The notes under the pieces: generated by a model | Seen by the model: only the letters and a program-made list of their open reading frames with translations | What the model was told of the DNA's origin: nothing | Database searches by the model: none | Shown: positions 19,801 to 27,993 of the stretch, piece after piece | Numbering within the stretch: position 1 is the stretch's first letter | Layout of the letters: each line of letters begins with the position of its first letter | Translations under genes and position numbers: made by a program | IMG/VR virus record: IMGVR_UViG_3300014204_000141 | Coordinates: 29,553-93,552 of that record | Strand: one strand, 5' to 3' | Length of the DNA: 64,000 nucleotides | From: a virus | Taxonomy: Duplodnaviria > Caudoviricetes

Positions 19801-20694
19801 TATAACCATGTTATTTTACAATATAGTGAAGATCCTGGCGATACAATGAAGTATACTAAAGAGTTTTTTGCCGATGACAATATTCGTGGCGGAAATTTGC
19901 GCACGTACACAACTGAAGCCACTAATGTTGATCCTATGAGTTTTCCCATAACACCAGCAGATGTTGATGTATGGATGGAAACACATCTTCGTTTAGGTGC
20001 GAAACCCACACTGCCGCGTGGATATATGGTGGGTTACAATGTTCTGGCGCGAATGATGAGACCTATGTATAGAGGTGAAATTAAGGTTATAGGCATGCCG
20101 CAAATACATCCCTTTGACGTTTGTTTATTAGAGGATTACGCCAATGAAATGATAGGTCCATTTGAAGTTGAGACAATACATCATCACTTTGACCAAGACG
20201 GTTTTACCACTGCCATTACTCCTAATGCTATAGTTGCTTACCAACATCCGGGCAAAACTTTAGAGTTATACATTCAAAATAGTTTTAGTCTTCCCTATGT
20301 GGGAAAACTCAGAAGTTTTGGTACTGTTAGAGCCGCTGCCGGTGGTGCCGCAGCAACAGTTGCGACACTTGGTGTGGGTGCGATGAAACTGGCAAGTTCA
20401 GCAGCGGCCACAATAGGCATGTCAAGCGCTTGGCTTGCTGTTCCTGTTGGACTGGCCGCTAGTTTTTTCACTGCTAAAGCAGCCGCCGGTATTTGGTGTT
20501 GGGGTTTGGGTAAGGCCATGGGTAGAGACATTATTCACGTATCAGGCTTATGGTATAAAAATCAACCCTATGTTGCGGGTTTAGAAGGTGCGTATAAGGA
20601 CGATATTACTGTACATATGTTAGATAATATATCAAGACTTGCCGATTACTCAAGAGAAATTGGAAATATTATGAATAATATCGGAGGCGAGTAA
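13843..20694 (+). CDS. Baseplate hub-like multidomain virion protein (2283 aa)
   Basis: 'GVTIMIKAGYSSNVDDLDTIFMGKVVSV' and 'YRGEIKVIGMPQIHPFDVCLLED...FEVETIHHHFDQDGFTTAITP' fit the gp27/gpD-type hub; lies upstream of spike, gp25 and J-like genes. Confidence 0.6.
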   Translation: MVAKTTVENPGFALASANTLNTYAGFISTMEDVYVANGMVSAVKGTTFSVKLSHRNEPIKITLDGVSSEIDLSSKFAQYIGQTVTVLVKKDVYKTGVLFLPERECINDDAITKNGAGLIPSQNSLFKKAYLSAKRTEVSTGISKYEKDGWVDESGKSKPGACQIGFLWLYVPPQDIKCIHANVNQTISTIRTPGNPKLKTGQEEMRIEMSLIFPSLDDINRRLRPLIAQFIRSPFLPIENEHIRGFAYPDVQWSMKGSGNTNFNQKERSVDINNPDSFINETTEYQKKINKAVTTQSKNTETNIDENSKDMELYREAVKTLTELKTELNGYFKSKKLTNSISLYDRLLIIPPKLDVCEMSNSISEYKLVTTNFKTFLKNYGSKTAKDVKNQILVLLNCISSSLSHYNDILKGLNIKSKNFIKNIQTKEQIKNKYTKHAGDMYADNTLVVALRDLTLSTMPGYPEALQCHLVLTIFNYDPYSRDFAFLGDFDSVVRQIECISQTRNMRYPDFEDNLIKNDKPVLAPLDQQEMQITHNISECMPFIEYVAPLLTGKGTDITCNPKFNLRDKPSATISERTIRFAAPSNYLHSISQAEAFQRFDLRYEMTENNIEYQALLDSIVSRTSSELYAELLSRLQQSYSLTQVGMDSLFEFVKIFYSYCSFQWLSTQKEVMLEGLSSSDVKVDFIINPFYKGMPETFTTVGKLYAWLQTHGYADVLESAKTAIELQTRSNRGLQNIYNFSIRNSRDLVINGITASYSTKLATVPVVGYRIPTLQYMGRNDWYININLQTSNFFFIRAFRSLMEIAARSRILRNKTQKMYFIAESNAAEFSPELSENTVDPSNGLTAFLGIRNVLFDNCTYETIKDKPGWWNVNITMVQADLPLLSYESLLPMNQYDAGVLQDIDLNLKKMTQKFRRNQEDPATFRYKYFYPAITSFVKGYLKYVLGDIDSAESLISDLGDGNLLDKVLAMNNMSQKRFTSFLYGVLKTKGVIDKNVVYNEGKDSITTPVGTFTRNKLGIFGRSSTRQDLSFAQDVIRSIQPVTGFAPVPSNIQKSVDIISRMSGDIRLLHTGLGVNVENAFAMMFSKCLRDLSVKYVSIAPTECLKFLKSCGSSWREENLRPQHMLPSSVNQNQEAMQLYSNHPDLSLPYSANNFLTVPADFFFQKNIIQYDSEQINEKFKSIETMMNNIWKSELIEGACMVANPEYAKLISDYPLTATGSDYANWIKYKWMQFPDPRSSTGAKTSGVVLKDAADRIKLFKHVKGNVYIKSEPNVDFLKEKVPAVYNLWYKNIQHLSFERKMEMCSNLSEFAKRQAVIMQAMIVAGGYLNLVESRKNHMETNSTKAMGLSLDKLTQITTEKFNQIWAASYETDNSLLGSVTPWSLAVIDDVKHRIKESYTNYCARDNTLTMERAFPTFKLFFIEEDAHEWGAFDDYYMYNAVSSVDVIDSSKSAGAVASIVLSNMSGNLSDPYSVYARETQFAKDNAGTIQSVEQTQQEQILATLFLREGVTIMIKAGYSSNVDDLDTIFMGKVVSVSPGEQVNIVAHGFGAELLEVVNKGIEQKLGCSSPARSQGDVVLWAGGTLTGLEHFGLPNVFEKLGLRGSPHGDILLSPQKWRNADIYKDIFHPVFDLYFKFGVFDPRYENIYLPYTKMSLGFWGRFVNALVPYEKNLTKVATRVAMAIAIVAFCILVPGVGVGVITSIYGLSFAAGFTTTTLALTSLNAWVYGVAILGSYLGIGAIDALAGGNYGELGAITYDWLIEKNKTMFDLLQEICLYWEDYIVTVLPYNQNLPGQMRQTIYVGPRNGLYKYTDVFDSSTDFSDFIKRLQHGKSADPRLDDNETLQEAYDKKSELENDVVAARTDLLEVEKDTSISNYDEQVSKARKDVVDKERLYQLKEQKLAGYDYKTADEQQYNINNALVMLAINNPGDMYTTSSYTDAKGKPQTSVTKQVGYMPVVNYHSLTSFNHIIENNIRATSEELYNHVILQYSEDPGDTMKYTKEFFADDNIRGGNLRTYTTEATNVDPMSFPITPADVDVWMETHLRLGAKPTLPRGYMVGYNVLARMMRPMYRGEIKVIGMPQIHPFDVCLLEDYANEMIGPFEVETIHHHFDQDGFTTAITPNAIVAYQHPGKTLELYIQNSFSLPYVGKLRSFGTVRAAAGGAAATVATLGVGAMKLASSAAATIGMSSAWLAVPVGLAASFFTAKAAAGIWCWGLGKAMGRDIIHVSGLWYKNQPYVAGLEGAYKDDITVHMLDNISRLADYSREIGNIMNNIGGE

Positions 20695-21350
20695 TGTCAA
20701 GAATTATATCTTTAAAAGAAAATGAATATGAAATTATTTATCCTGAACCTACGGTCGGTAGGGATTATGATATAGTTATAAAAATTCTTGATGTTAATAA
20801 AATCAAAGATGTCGCAAATATGAATGCTAGTATTTTTGCTATAGTTGCATATTCATATGGTGTTGTTGATACAACTATAAAATCTTCAGACTATGAGTGT
20901 TTGCTAATATATCAAGACAATAATAGAGCGTATTATCCGGTTGCAATTTTTAATAGACGCGCTGAAACTGTTTTATCAAATACCGACCCATCTCTACCAA
21001 CTAAAGAACGACAAGTTTTTGATCCTAAAGTTGGCAAAGAATACAGAGGTATACAGAGTCGGGATGGAACAAAAGCGGTGTATGTATCTGATGCTGTTGT
21101 TGAAATAACAGCGGGTAAAACTAAATTAGGTATATCCGAATCCAGTATAATTATTGATGGACCAGTTATAGAATACAACATGCCCAGTAAGTCTCAAGGT
21201 GGATTGTTCAAAGAAACAGGTATTTTAAGATTATTACCTAAATGTTTTTTACCACCTTTTGCTATACCCGATTACTTGCCCGATGTTGTATTTATGGGTA
21301 GAGTTGCAAATACAATGAAAATCATTAAAGATGCGTTGAAGGTTTTATAA
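20694..21350 (+). CDS. Putative baseplate spike (gp5/gpV-like) protein
   Basis: Position between hub and gp25-like gene; beta-strand repeat-like 'AVYVSDAVVEITAGKTKLGISESSIIIDG'. Confidence 0.35.
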   Translation: MSRIISLKENEYEIIYPEPTVGRDYDIVIKILDVNKIKDVANMNASIFAIVAYSYGVVDTTIKSSDYECLLIYQDNNRAYYPVAIFNRRAETVLSNTDPSLPTKERQVFDPKVGKEYRGIQSRDGTKAVYVSDAVVEITAGKTKLGISESSIIIDGPVIEYNMPSKSQGGLFKETGILRLLPKCFLPPFAIPDYLPDVVFMGRVANTMKIIKDALKVL

Positions 21351-21360
21351 GAGGTGTATT

Positions 21361-21819
21361 ATGTATGAAGGCGATTTAGGTGTTGATGAAAGTGTTAATT
21401 TTTTATTAGAAAACGGTGATTTTGTTGTAACAGGTTCTGATAAACAACTTATTATCATGGCATTTCAGACATCAAGAGGGTCTTGGAATGAATATCCAAC
21501 ATTTGGTGTTGGTTTTAATCTTGTTTATGGTGCTTTTGGTCAAGAAATAGGTCAACAGATATCGGATTTAAAAAAGAGATTGAATTTGTTTATGATGGAT
21601 TATGGTATATTGTTTGATTATGAATTTACTATTATTGATAAAGAAACCGCTGATTTCACATTTTCAGTTTTAAATAGTGATGTAGTCGCTGATATGTCAT
21701 TCGCATATAATTTTGAATTGGGTGTGTTTACATTTATAGAATCTATAGTTGATAACACAAATACCGTGGTTTCGCAACCCCTGACAAAAAATAGGTATTT
21801 GAGGAGAAAAAATGGATAA
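21361..21819 (+). CDS. gp25-like baseplate wedge / sheath initiator
   Basis: 'GDL...ENGDFVV...Q...FQTSRGSWNEYPTFGVG' pattern; directly upstream of J-like gene. Confidence 0.65.
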   Translation: MYEGDLGVDESVNFLLENGDFVVTGSDKQLIIMAFQTSRGSWNEYPTFGVGFNLVYGAFGQEIGQQISDLKKRLNLFMMDYGILFDYEFTIIDKETADFTFSVLNSDVVADMSFAYNFELGVFTFIESIVDNTNTVVSQPLTKNRYLRRKNG

Positions 21820-23011
21820 ATCCGATATTTTTGTAAGATTAAGTGATCAAATCAGAACCGATACTAACAATAAACTAAGAAATTTTTCACAGGGATCATT
21901 GGCAAGAGCAAACCTTAAAGCCAATATTGATTTGATTGATGAATATAGTGGTGAAGTCGATACCAAGTTATTTCAATCGCACCTGTCCACAGCAACTGGT
22001 GAAAATTTAGATGAGTTGATAAAATTTTTAGGTATTGATAGTAGAAAACAAGCAACTTTTTCCACAAGTCAACTTGTAATTACAATAGATCCATTGAGTG
22101 GTCAAACAGTTGAAACATTAAAAGATATTATAGAGGAAAAATCAGGAACAAGACCTGATGACATAAAAATTATAGCTGATACCGAATTCACTAATGAAAC
22201 CAACACCATTTTCTTTTCCGCTGTTAGTGATGTTTCATTATTAGATTCAGGGGTTGCCGTTGAAATATTATCACAAAATAATGGCAGTTATGGTAATACC
22301 GGTGCCGGTACCATAACTAAATTTTCTATGATTCCTCCGGAACTGTCTTATATTAGTGAATATTTAATAATTACTAATCCCATAGCCATAGACAATGCCA
22401 GCGATGACGAAAGTGACGACAATCTCAGATACAGAGGATTTAATGCGTTTCAAGCTCAAGGCGGTGGTAATTTAATAGCCATAAGACTTGCGGCGTTGGG
22501 TGTGCCAGGAGTCGCAGATGTAATATTGAAACCTCTAGCTTATGGTTTAAGCACTATAGGTGTTTTTGTTATGTCCCAATCACCTATTGTATCTGAAGGT
22601 TTACTTGGTGCTGTTCGGGAAGCCACATCAAGAGTAGAATCCGGCGGAAACACTGTTGTTGTTTCTTCGCCAGATTATATAGCAATTAAACTTAAATTGT
22701 TTTTAGAGTTTAAATCCGGTGTATCAGACACTGATAAAAATGGTGTTGTTGATATTGTCTTAAAAAATGTAACAGCGTATATCAACAGTCTTCGTGTTGA
22801 AGAAGAATTTTTGCCACAACAAATTACAAATATCGCGTATAATGCAACTAATACGGTTAAAAAAGCGACTATATTAGAAATAGGCAGTGGTGATTATAAC
22901 AAAGATAATGGATTGGTTGATTACTATACCGAATGTATGATATCACGTCTTTTGCCTGGTGTCAACGCTAAGTTTGTTAGTAATAGTAAATTATTAACAG
23001 TTTGTTGGTAA
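21812..23011 (+). CDS. Baseplate J-like wedge protein
   Basis: 'NFSQGSLAR', 'STATGENLDEL', 'DDESDDNLRYR', 'ALGVPGVADV' are hallmark baseplate-J motifs. Confidence 0.85.
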   Translation: MDKSDIFVRLSDQIRTDTNNKLRNFSQGSLARANLKANIDLIDEYSGEVDTKLFQSHLSTATGENLDELIKFLGIDSRKQATFSTSQLVITIDPLSGQTVETLKDIIEEKSGTRPDDIKIIADTEFTNETNTIFFSAVSDVSLLDSGVAVEILSQNNGSYGNTGAGTITKFSMIPPELSYISEYLIITNPIAIDNASDDESDDNLRYRGFNAFQAQGGGNLIAIRLAALGVPGVADVILKPLAYGLSTIGVFVMSQSPIVSEGLLGAVREATSRVESGGNTVVVSSPDYIAIKLKLFLEFKSGVSDTDKNGVVDIVLKNVTAYINSLRVEEEFLPQQITNIAYNATNTVKKATILEIGSGDYNKDNGLVDYYTECMISRLLPGVNAKFVSNSKLLTVCW

Positions 23012-23022
23012 AGGAGTTGTTT

Positions 23023-24240
23023 ATGTTTAAATCAAAATATATAGAACGGTTGTTCTCGGGGTTTCCTAAGAATTTTGCTTTTACCACAGATAAAAACGAT
23101 CCAATGTTTATTTTTACTAATACTATTTCTTTTTTTGCTGGTTTATTGCATAAAAAACAATTAGATAAAGCAGACAATCTCTCTATTGATCGAGCTAATC
23201 CCATAACACCTTCGGGGTGTTATGAATTATCAGTAACAAATCCTGAAAATATAGAGTTTGAATCTATAGATGATAACCCCACACTACTTAAAAAGACAGA
23301 AGCCGAGTTTGTAGAAAATGAATTTACGGGGTTAGAGTATGTTTCCACCATAACACCATCTGGTGTCATGGGAAGTGGAATAGTGGGGATATCTTTTGCT
23401 TATGATGCCGATGGGAGCGAGTTTCATCTGACTTTTGATGGTGATTATTATATTCACAATTATTATCTAAATGAGGAAGATTATATAGATCCATCTATAA
23501 CATTTGACAATGAACCCGAACATAATGAAACAAATATTATAGAACAAAAATATGAAAATACGGGTTTTGATGAATATTTACATATAGTAAATGAATTAGT
23601 AACATTAGTTGATTCTGACGATGATGATATGAGTTTGGTTTATGCTGGCCCATCAGGTATTAATTCATATTTATTTGATATCACTCAAGTCTATAATGTT
23701 TCAGAGACCATCAATGATTATATATTTGTTAATGATATATGGGGACCTTATAAAGTTGTTAGTGCTTGGTCTTGTAACACCAATCAGTGGTTGTTAACCC
23801 TAGATGCGGCGTTAGACCCTCATATTATCGCATCTACCGCGTTTATTCTCAAAGGGTATAGGAAGACAGCTGTATTGGCTCACACACCTATAGAAAACGA
23901 AACTGTAGATGTTATAGATGTTTTGAATCTGCAAACTCCTGGTGTTGATGATGCTAGTGGTAGAATTGTTAATATTGAGGATTATAGAGTAGTCGATGAT
24001 AAGATTATATTTAATCTTACTCGTTCAGATTATAATCCTGATTCTGTTATTACTGTATTTAATGATAATGGACTACCTACAACTACATATTCAAATACAA
24101 ATTATCAACCTGACGAATCATTTTCATCAACATATATATGTGAATATAAGTATAGATTAGATGGTAAGCCCAAATATTTGACTGAAACTGTGTCAAGACA
24201 TAATTTGTGTTGTAAAAGTACGACAGTATTTAGCACGTAA
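23023..24240 (+). CDS. Acidic virion/baseplate-region protein (3 PSG motifs)
   Basis: AAGGAG RBS before ATG 23023; structural context. Confidence 0.55.
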   Translation: MFKSKYIERLFSGFPKNFAFTTDKNDPMFIFTNTISFFAGLLHKKQLDKADNLSIDRANPITPSGCYELSVTNPENIEFESIDDNPTLLKKTEAEFVENEFTGLEYVSTITPSGVMGSGIVGISFAYDADGSEFHLTFDGDYYIHNYYLNEEDYIDPSITFDNEPEHNETNIIEQKYENTGFDEYLHIVNELVTLVDSDDDDMSLVYAGPSGINSYLFDITQVYNVSETINDYIFVNDIWGPYKVVSAWSCNTNQWLLTLDAALDPHIIASTAFILKGYRKTAVLAHTPIENETVDVIDVLNLQTPGVDDASGRIVNIEDYRVVDDKIIFNLTRSDYNPDSVITVFNDNGLPTTTYSNTNYQPDESFSSTYICEYKYRLDGKPKYLTETVSRHNLCCKSTTVFST

Positions 24241-24241
24241 A

Positions 24242-24280
24242 GTTAAAAATTGTCCGTCTTTGGAGATATAATATATTATG
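24242..24280 (+). promoter_or_regulatory. Putative promoter GTTAAAAA-N17-TATAAT-N5-ATG (leaderless)
   Basis: GTTAAAAA 24242-24249, TATAAT 24267-24272, ATG 24278, no SD. Confidence 0.55.
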
Positions 24281-25258
24281 GAATACGCTCAAACAATTGC
24301 AGGTGCTTTTGCTGAATCGTCTTTAGTATTAAGACCAGGTAGTGTTTGTTCTGTAAACATTGTCTATCTCGTAACATCGGAGGTGGAATGGGATTCATCT
24401 ACTGAATATACACATACATACAATGGGTTTATGGATAAGTACAGTGTTAAATCAACGTCAAATCTTGATTATGATAAAATATTGTCTCGGAGTGATACAT
24501 TAAATACAACTACTCTTATAATTGAACCTATGGATATAGGAATAATTGATATTACAATTTATTCTTATATGAATGTTACTGCGGATGTTGTGTCGAGGCC
24601 GGCGTTTTATAAAGATGGTTTAACAACAAATACAGATTATTATAAAGACTATGAAGTGATTGATGGGATGGTTTATCCTAAAACTATTATTCCTTATACT
24701 TCAGTTATTGGTGATATAGAAGACATTGAAATATCATTTTATAGTGTTGATTTTGACAGATTAAATACTGGTATTGCAATTTTAGATGGGTTGTCTTGTA
24801 GTATTACCAATGATGGGTTTTTAACGTATAATGGTGACGGTCAATATGTGTTAAAATCTGGTAAAGAACGTGTTCTAATACCAGGAGATTGCGGTATAGA
24901 TAAACAGTATATTATTAGGGAAGTTTTAAGTGATTATGAATTATACATAATTAATCCGCGCTGGATATCTGGTGTTACCGAAGCCATGGGTGTGATTGTG
25001 TATGATGAATATTTATTATTATTGACAGACAATGGTTTATATGTTATTGATTTGTTAGGTAATGTCGATGAGTATAAATTTCATTATCCATCTATAAAAG
25101 GTACGGATTTGACATACGCAGTAGATGATTGTATATATGTTGCTAATGGTTATAATGTGGACAAATACAAGATGCGACACGACTTGTGTATGATTGACAA
25201 TAATAATAAAAAAATATATTTTAGAGAAAAGAATCCTCATGTAAAGGTGCGGGAATGA
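24278..25258 (+). CDS. Virion/baseplate-region hypothetical protein
   Basis: 326-aa beta-rich acidic ORF within the structural operon. Confidence 0.55.
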   Translation: MEYAQTIAGAFAESSLVLRPGSVCSVNIVYLVTSEVEWDSSTEYTHTYNGFMDKYSVKSTSNLDYDKILSRSDTLNTTTLIIEPMDIGIIDITIYSYMNVTADVVSRPAFYKDGLTTNTDYYKDYEVIDGMVYPKTIIPYTSVIGDIEDIEISFYSVDFDRLNTGIAILDGLSCSITNDGFLTYNGDGQYVLKSGKERVLIPGDCGIDKQYIIREVLSDYELYIINPRWISGVTEAMGVIVYDEYLLLLTDNGLYVIDLLGNVDEYKFHYPSIKGTDLTYAVDDCIYVANGYNVDKYKMRHDLCMIDNNNKKIYFREKNPHVKVRE

Positions 25259-25389
25259 ACAAAAAACCATCAAAAAAATTTTTAAAACTCGAACGAAAAA
25301 TCAAGACTTTATATAAAGCCGTGTCTGTAAAAGATCGAATTGGTTTTATCAAAAATGTTAAAATTGTATTAGGTGGTAGAAATGATTAA
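25255..25389 (+). CDS. Small Lys-rich protein (44 aa, MNKKPSKKFLKLERKIKTLYKAVSVKDRIGFIKNVKIVLGGRND), absent from the ORF track
   Basis: ATGA overlap with the upstream stop and overlap with the downstream ATG 25382; fills the gap exactly. Confidence 0.55.
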   Translation: MNKKPSKKFLKLERKIKTLYKAVSVKDRIGFIKNVKIVLGGRND

Positions 25390-25996
25390 AACCGAATTGG
25401 ATTTAACACAAATGGTTGAAAAACAGATTTGGAACGCTTGGGATGAAATGGCTGTATACAAGAGTCTGACGCGGCGACCACATGAACATAATTTAAAATT
25501 AAGATTACGTACACTTGCGGCTAAAGAATATGGTACAAACATACAGGGTATGATTAATGCGCTGTCGGATGCTTTTGATGCGGATAAGTATGTTGTTAGT
25601 GATAAAAAATTTTATTATTTAGTCAATATACCTCTTTCTCCTGATGCTTATGAAAAAATTAATATTAAAAATAAACCTGAATATGAACCTGTTGTTGTTA
25701 CATATACTATAGATAGTGTTGATACGGTGTTGACGTTTACGGATGAAACCGGAAATGCTAATGATACAACGAATAATTTGGTAAAATCTGTGGTCGCAGA
25801 TTCATTCACAAGTTTTACACTTTGGCGAAATTTTAATGGTGAATTTGAACGATTCATTGAAGTCTCTGTAGTACCAGATTCATTTTCTGTAGAATATTCT
25901 TATGTTGAAAATGGTGTAGTAATTAGGATTTTAGAACAACATACGAGATTAGCACGCGCGGCGACAGGTGAAATTGAAGTTGTAGATGCTGAATAA
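25382..25996 (+). CDS. Baseplate wedge protein I-like
   Basis: 'WDEMAVYKSLTRRPHEHNLKLRLR...GTNIQGMINALS' resembles the LD..G..R..E....R.R...GT..G...AL pattern. Confidence 0.45.
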   Translation: MIKTELDLTQMVEKQIWNAWDEMAVYKSLTRRPHEHNLKLRLRTLAAKEYGTNIQGMINALSDAFDADKYVVSDKKFYYLVNIPLSPDAYEKINIKNKPEYEPVVVTYTIDSVDTVLTFTDETGNANDTTNNLVKSVVADSFTSFTLWRNFNGEFERFIEVSVVPDSFSVEYSYVENGVVIRILEQHTRLARAATGEIEVVDAE

Positions 25997-26007
25997 AAGG
26001 AGGATAA

Positions 26008-27993
26008 ATGTCAATAAAAGTTCTACCGGATGGTTGGTTTACAGACAATAACATAAGTGAATATAGAAGATTAGCAAGTTTAATTCCTAAAGGCGGAACT
26101 CTTGTTGAAATAGGTGTATGGAAAGGCCGAAGTTTATGTTCAGTTGCTGACATCATCAAATCGCGCAATATCAGGGTTATAGCTATAGATACATTCGATG
26201 GAACTGAGACTGAGGGGGACGCTCATGTCTTTGCCAAAACAAATGATTTGTTTGCGGTTTTCAGCGACAATATGAAGGAATTTGATTTGTCACCAACTAT
26301 ATATAAAATGACAAGTCACGATGCGAGTTTAGTTGTTAATGAAAACATTGATTTATGTTTTTTAGACGCTTCTCATGAATACGAATCCGTTAAACAAGAT
26401 ATCGAGGACTGGCAACCCAAAGTCAAAGGCACCATAGCTGGTCATGATTATGATGAAAAATGGCCAGGTGTTATAAAAGCTGTTAATGAATCATTTAAAG
26501 CTGTTATTAGTAGTGATATATGGTCTAAAAAAATTCAAAACGTTTTATGTTATGTCAGTACTTGTGGTCGTTATGATACAACACTACCACTAACATTAGT
26601 GTCCATAGCATTACAAACACGAAAACCGGATCATCTTATTATATTCGATGATAACAAAGAAAAAAAAGATTTACGTAATATAGAGTTATATAACTATTGT
26701 TTTAAACTCTTGATGGAAAAGGGTGTATCTTGGGAAGTCGTATTTGGTGAAGGTAAGGGCCAACATTTTAATCATGAACGTGCAAATATGATGGGATACG
26801 ATCTCTGCTGGCGTACGGATGATGATGAAATACCAGAATCAAATTGTTTAGAGGAATTGTTAAAAGAAATGAAGGAAGGTGTTGGTGCGGTAGGCGGATT
26901 AGTTTTAATGCCGCCAGCACAACAACTACCAGAATATGAAGCAACACAAGATGATCCCATGTTGCAGTGGTTTCATTGGGACGGTCCATCAAGGCCCCAA
27001 CATAAAATTTATTCTTCCTTTTTATATAGACCCGGTATAGTTCATTATGATTTGAGATTAACTCAAGTCGCGCACAGAGAAGAAGATTTATTTACACGTC
27101 AGTTAGCAGCAAAAGGTTATAAATTAATTATTAATCCTAAAGCTGTGACTTGGCATTTTCGTTCTAAAGGTGGAATTAGAAGTGGTAGTGAAACACAGGC
27201 GATGTTTGAACATGATGACAAAATACTCAGAGATTGGATGGTGCAACAAAAAACAGAGAAGAAAATGTTTGTATTTAATGGTGGTATAGGTGATAATTAT
27301 ATCGCGCTTCAGGCTTTAAACATACCACCTAAATCAGTAGTAGCGACATGTTATCCTCTTGTTTTTAGGGACGCGGATGTAGAATTAATAAGTATTGCCG
27401 ACGCCGTTAAACTTTGTAATATTGAAGATTATAATATTTATAAGTGGTGTTGTGATCATAAATGGACAGGTAGTATTGCTGCCGCGTATAAAGAATTATA
27501 TAAAATGGGGGTTGATGTTGAACACAAAACAATATTAATTAGTCCATATTCGGCACAACTCCGATCTGGTAAAGTCAATCCTAAAAATTATCCTTACTTT
27601 AAGATGTTAGTCAGACTTTTAAAATCTGAAGGGTGGTGGGTTCAACAGTGTGGTGTTAAAGGCGAAAAGGAAATAGAAGGCGCGGATGAGTTTTTAGTAA
27701 ATCTTGATTTTGGTAAGTTAAAATCATACATTAAAAGTGCAAGAACATGGATTGCTGTAGATAATTTTTTTCCGCATCTCGCTCAGAATGTGGAAAAACC
27801 CGGTATAGTAATTTTTGGTCAGTCTGATCCATTATTATTCGGTGAGCAATCCAATTACAATTTGTTAAAAGATAGAAAATATTTAAGATCCAATCAATTT
27901 GCGACTTGGGATGAAGCTGAATATAAAGAAGATTGTTTTGTTAGTCCTGTTGATATAATGAAGGTTGTGCAAAACTATGATAAGAAGGTATGA
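26008..27993 (+). CDS. Fusion: class I SAM methyltransferase (Methyltransf_24-like) + GT2 glycosyltransferase + GT9/heptosyltransferase-like GT-B
   Basis: 'VEIGVWKGRS...FLDASHEYESV...IAGHDY'; 'LQTRKPDHLIIFDD...RTDDD'; 'GGIGD...NPKNYPY...IAVDNFFPHLA...PGIVIFGQSDP'. AAGGAGG RBS. Confidence 0.85.
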   Translation: MSIKVLPDGWFTDNNISEYRRLASLIPKGGTLVEIGVWKGRSLCSVADIIKSRNIRVIAIDTFDGTETEGDAHVFAKTNDLFAVFSDNMKEFDLSPTIYKMTSHDASLVVNENIDLCFLDASHEYESVKQDIEDWQPKVKGTIAGHDYDEKWPGVIKAVNESFKAVISSDIWSKKIQNVLCYVSTCGRYDTTLPLTLVSIALQTRKPDHLIIFDDNKEKKDLRNIELYNYCFKLLMEKGVSWEVVFGEGKGQHFNHERANMMGYDLCWRTDDDEIPESNCLEELLKEMKEGVGAVGGLVLMPPAQQLPEYEATQDDPMLQWFHWDGPSRPQHKIYSSFLYRPGIVHYDLRLTQVAHREEDLFTRQLAAKGYKLIINPKAVTWHFRSKGGIRSGSETQAMFEHDDKILRDWMVQQKTEKKMFVFNGGIGDNYIALQALNIPPKSVVATCYPLVFRDADVELISIADAVKLCNIEDYNIYKWCCDHKWTGSIAAAYKELYKMGVDVEHKTILISPYSAQLRSGKVNPKNYPYFKMLVRLLKSEGWWVQQCGVKGEKEIEGADEFLVNLDFGKLKSYIKSARTWIAVDNFFPHLAQNVEKPGIVIFGQSDPLLFGEQSNYNLLKDRKYLRSNQFATWDEAEYKEDCFVSPVDIMKVVQNYDKKV

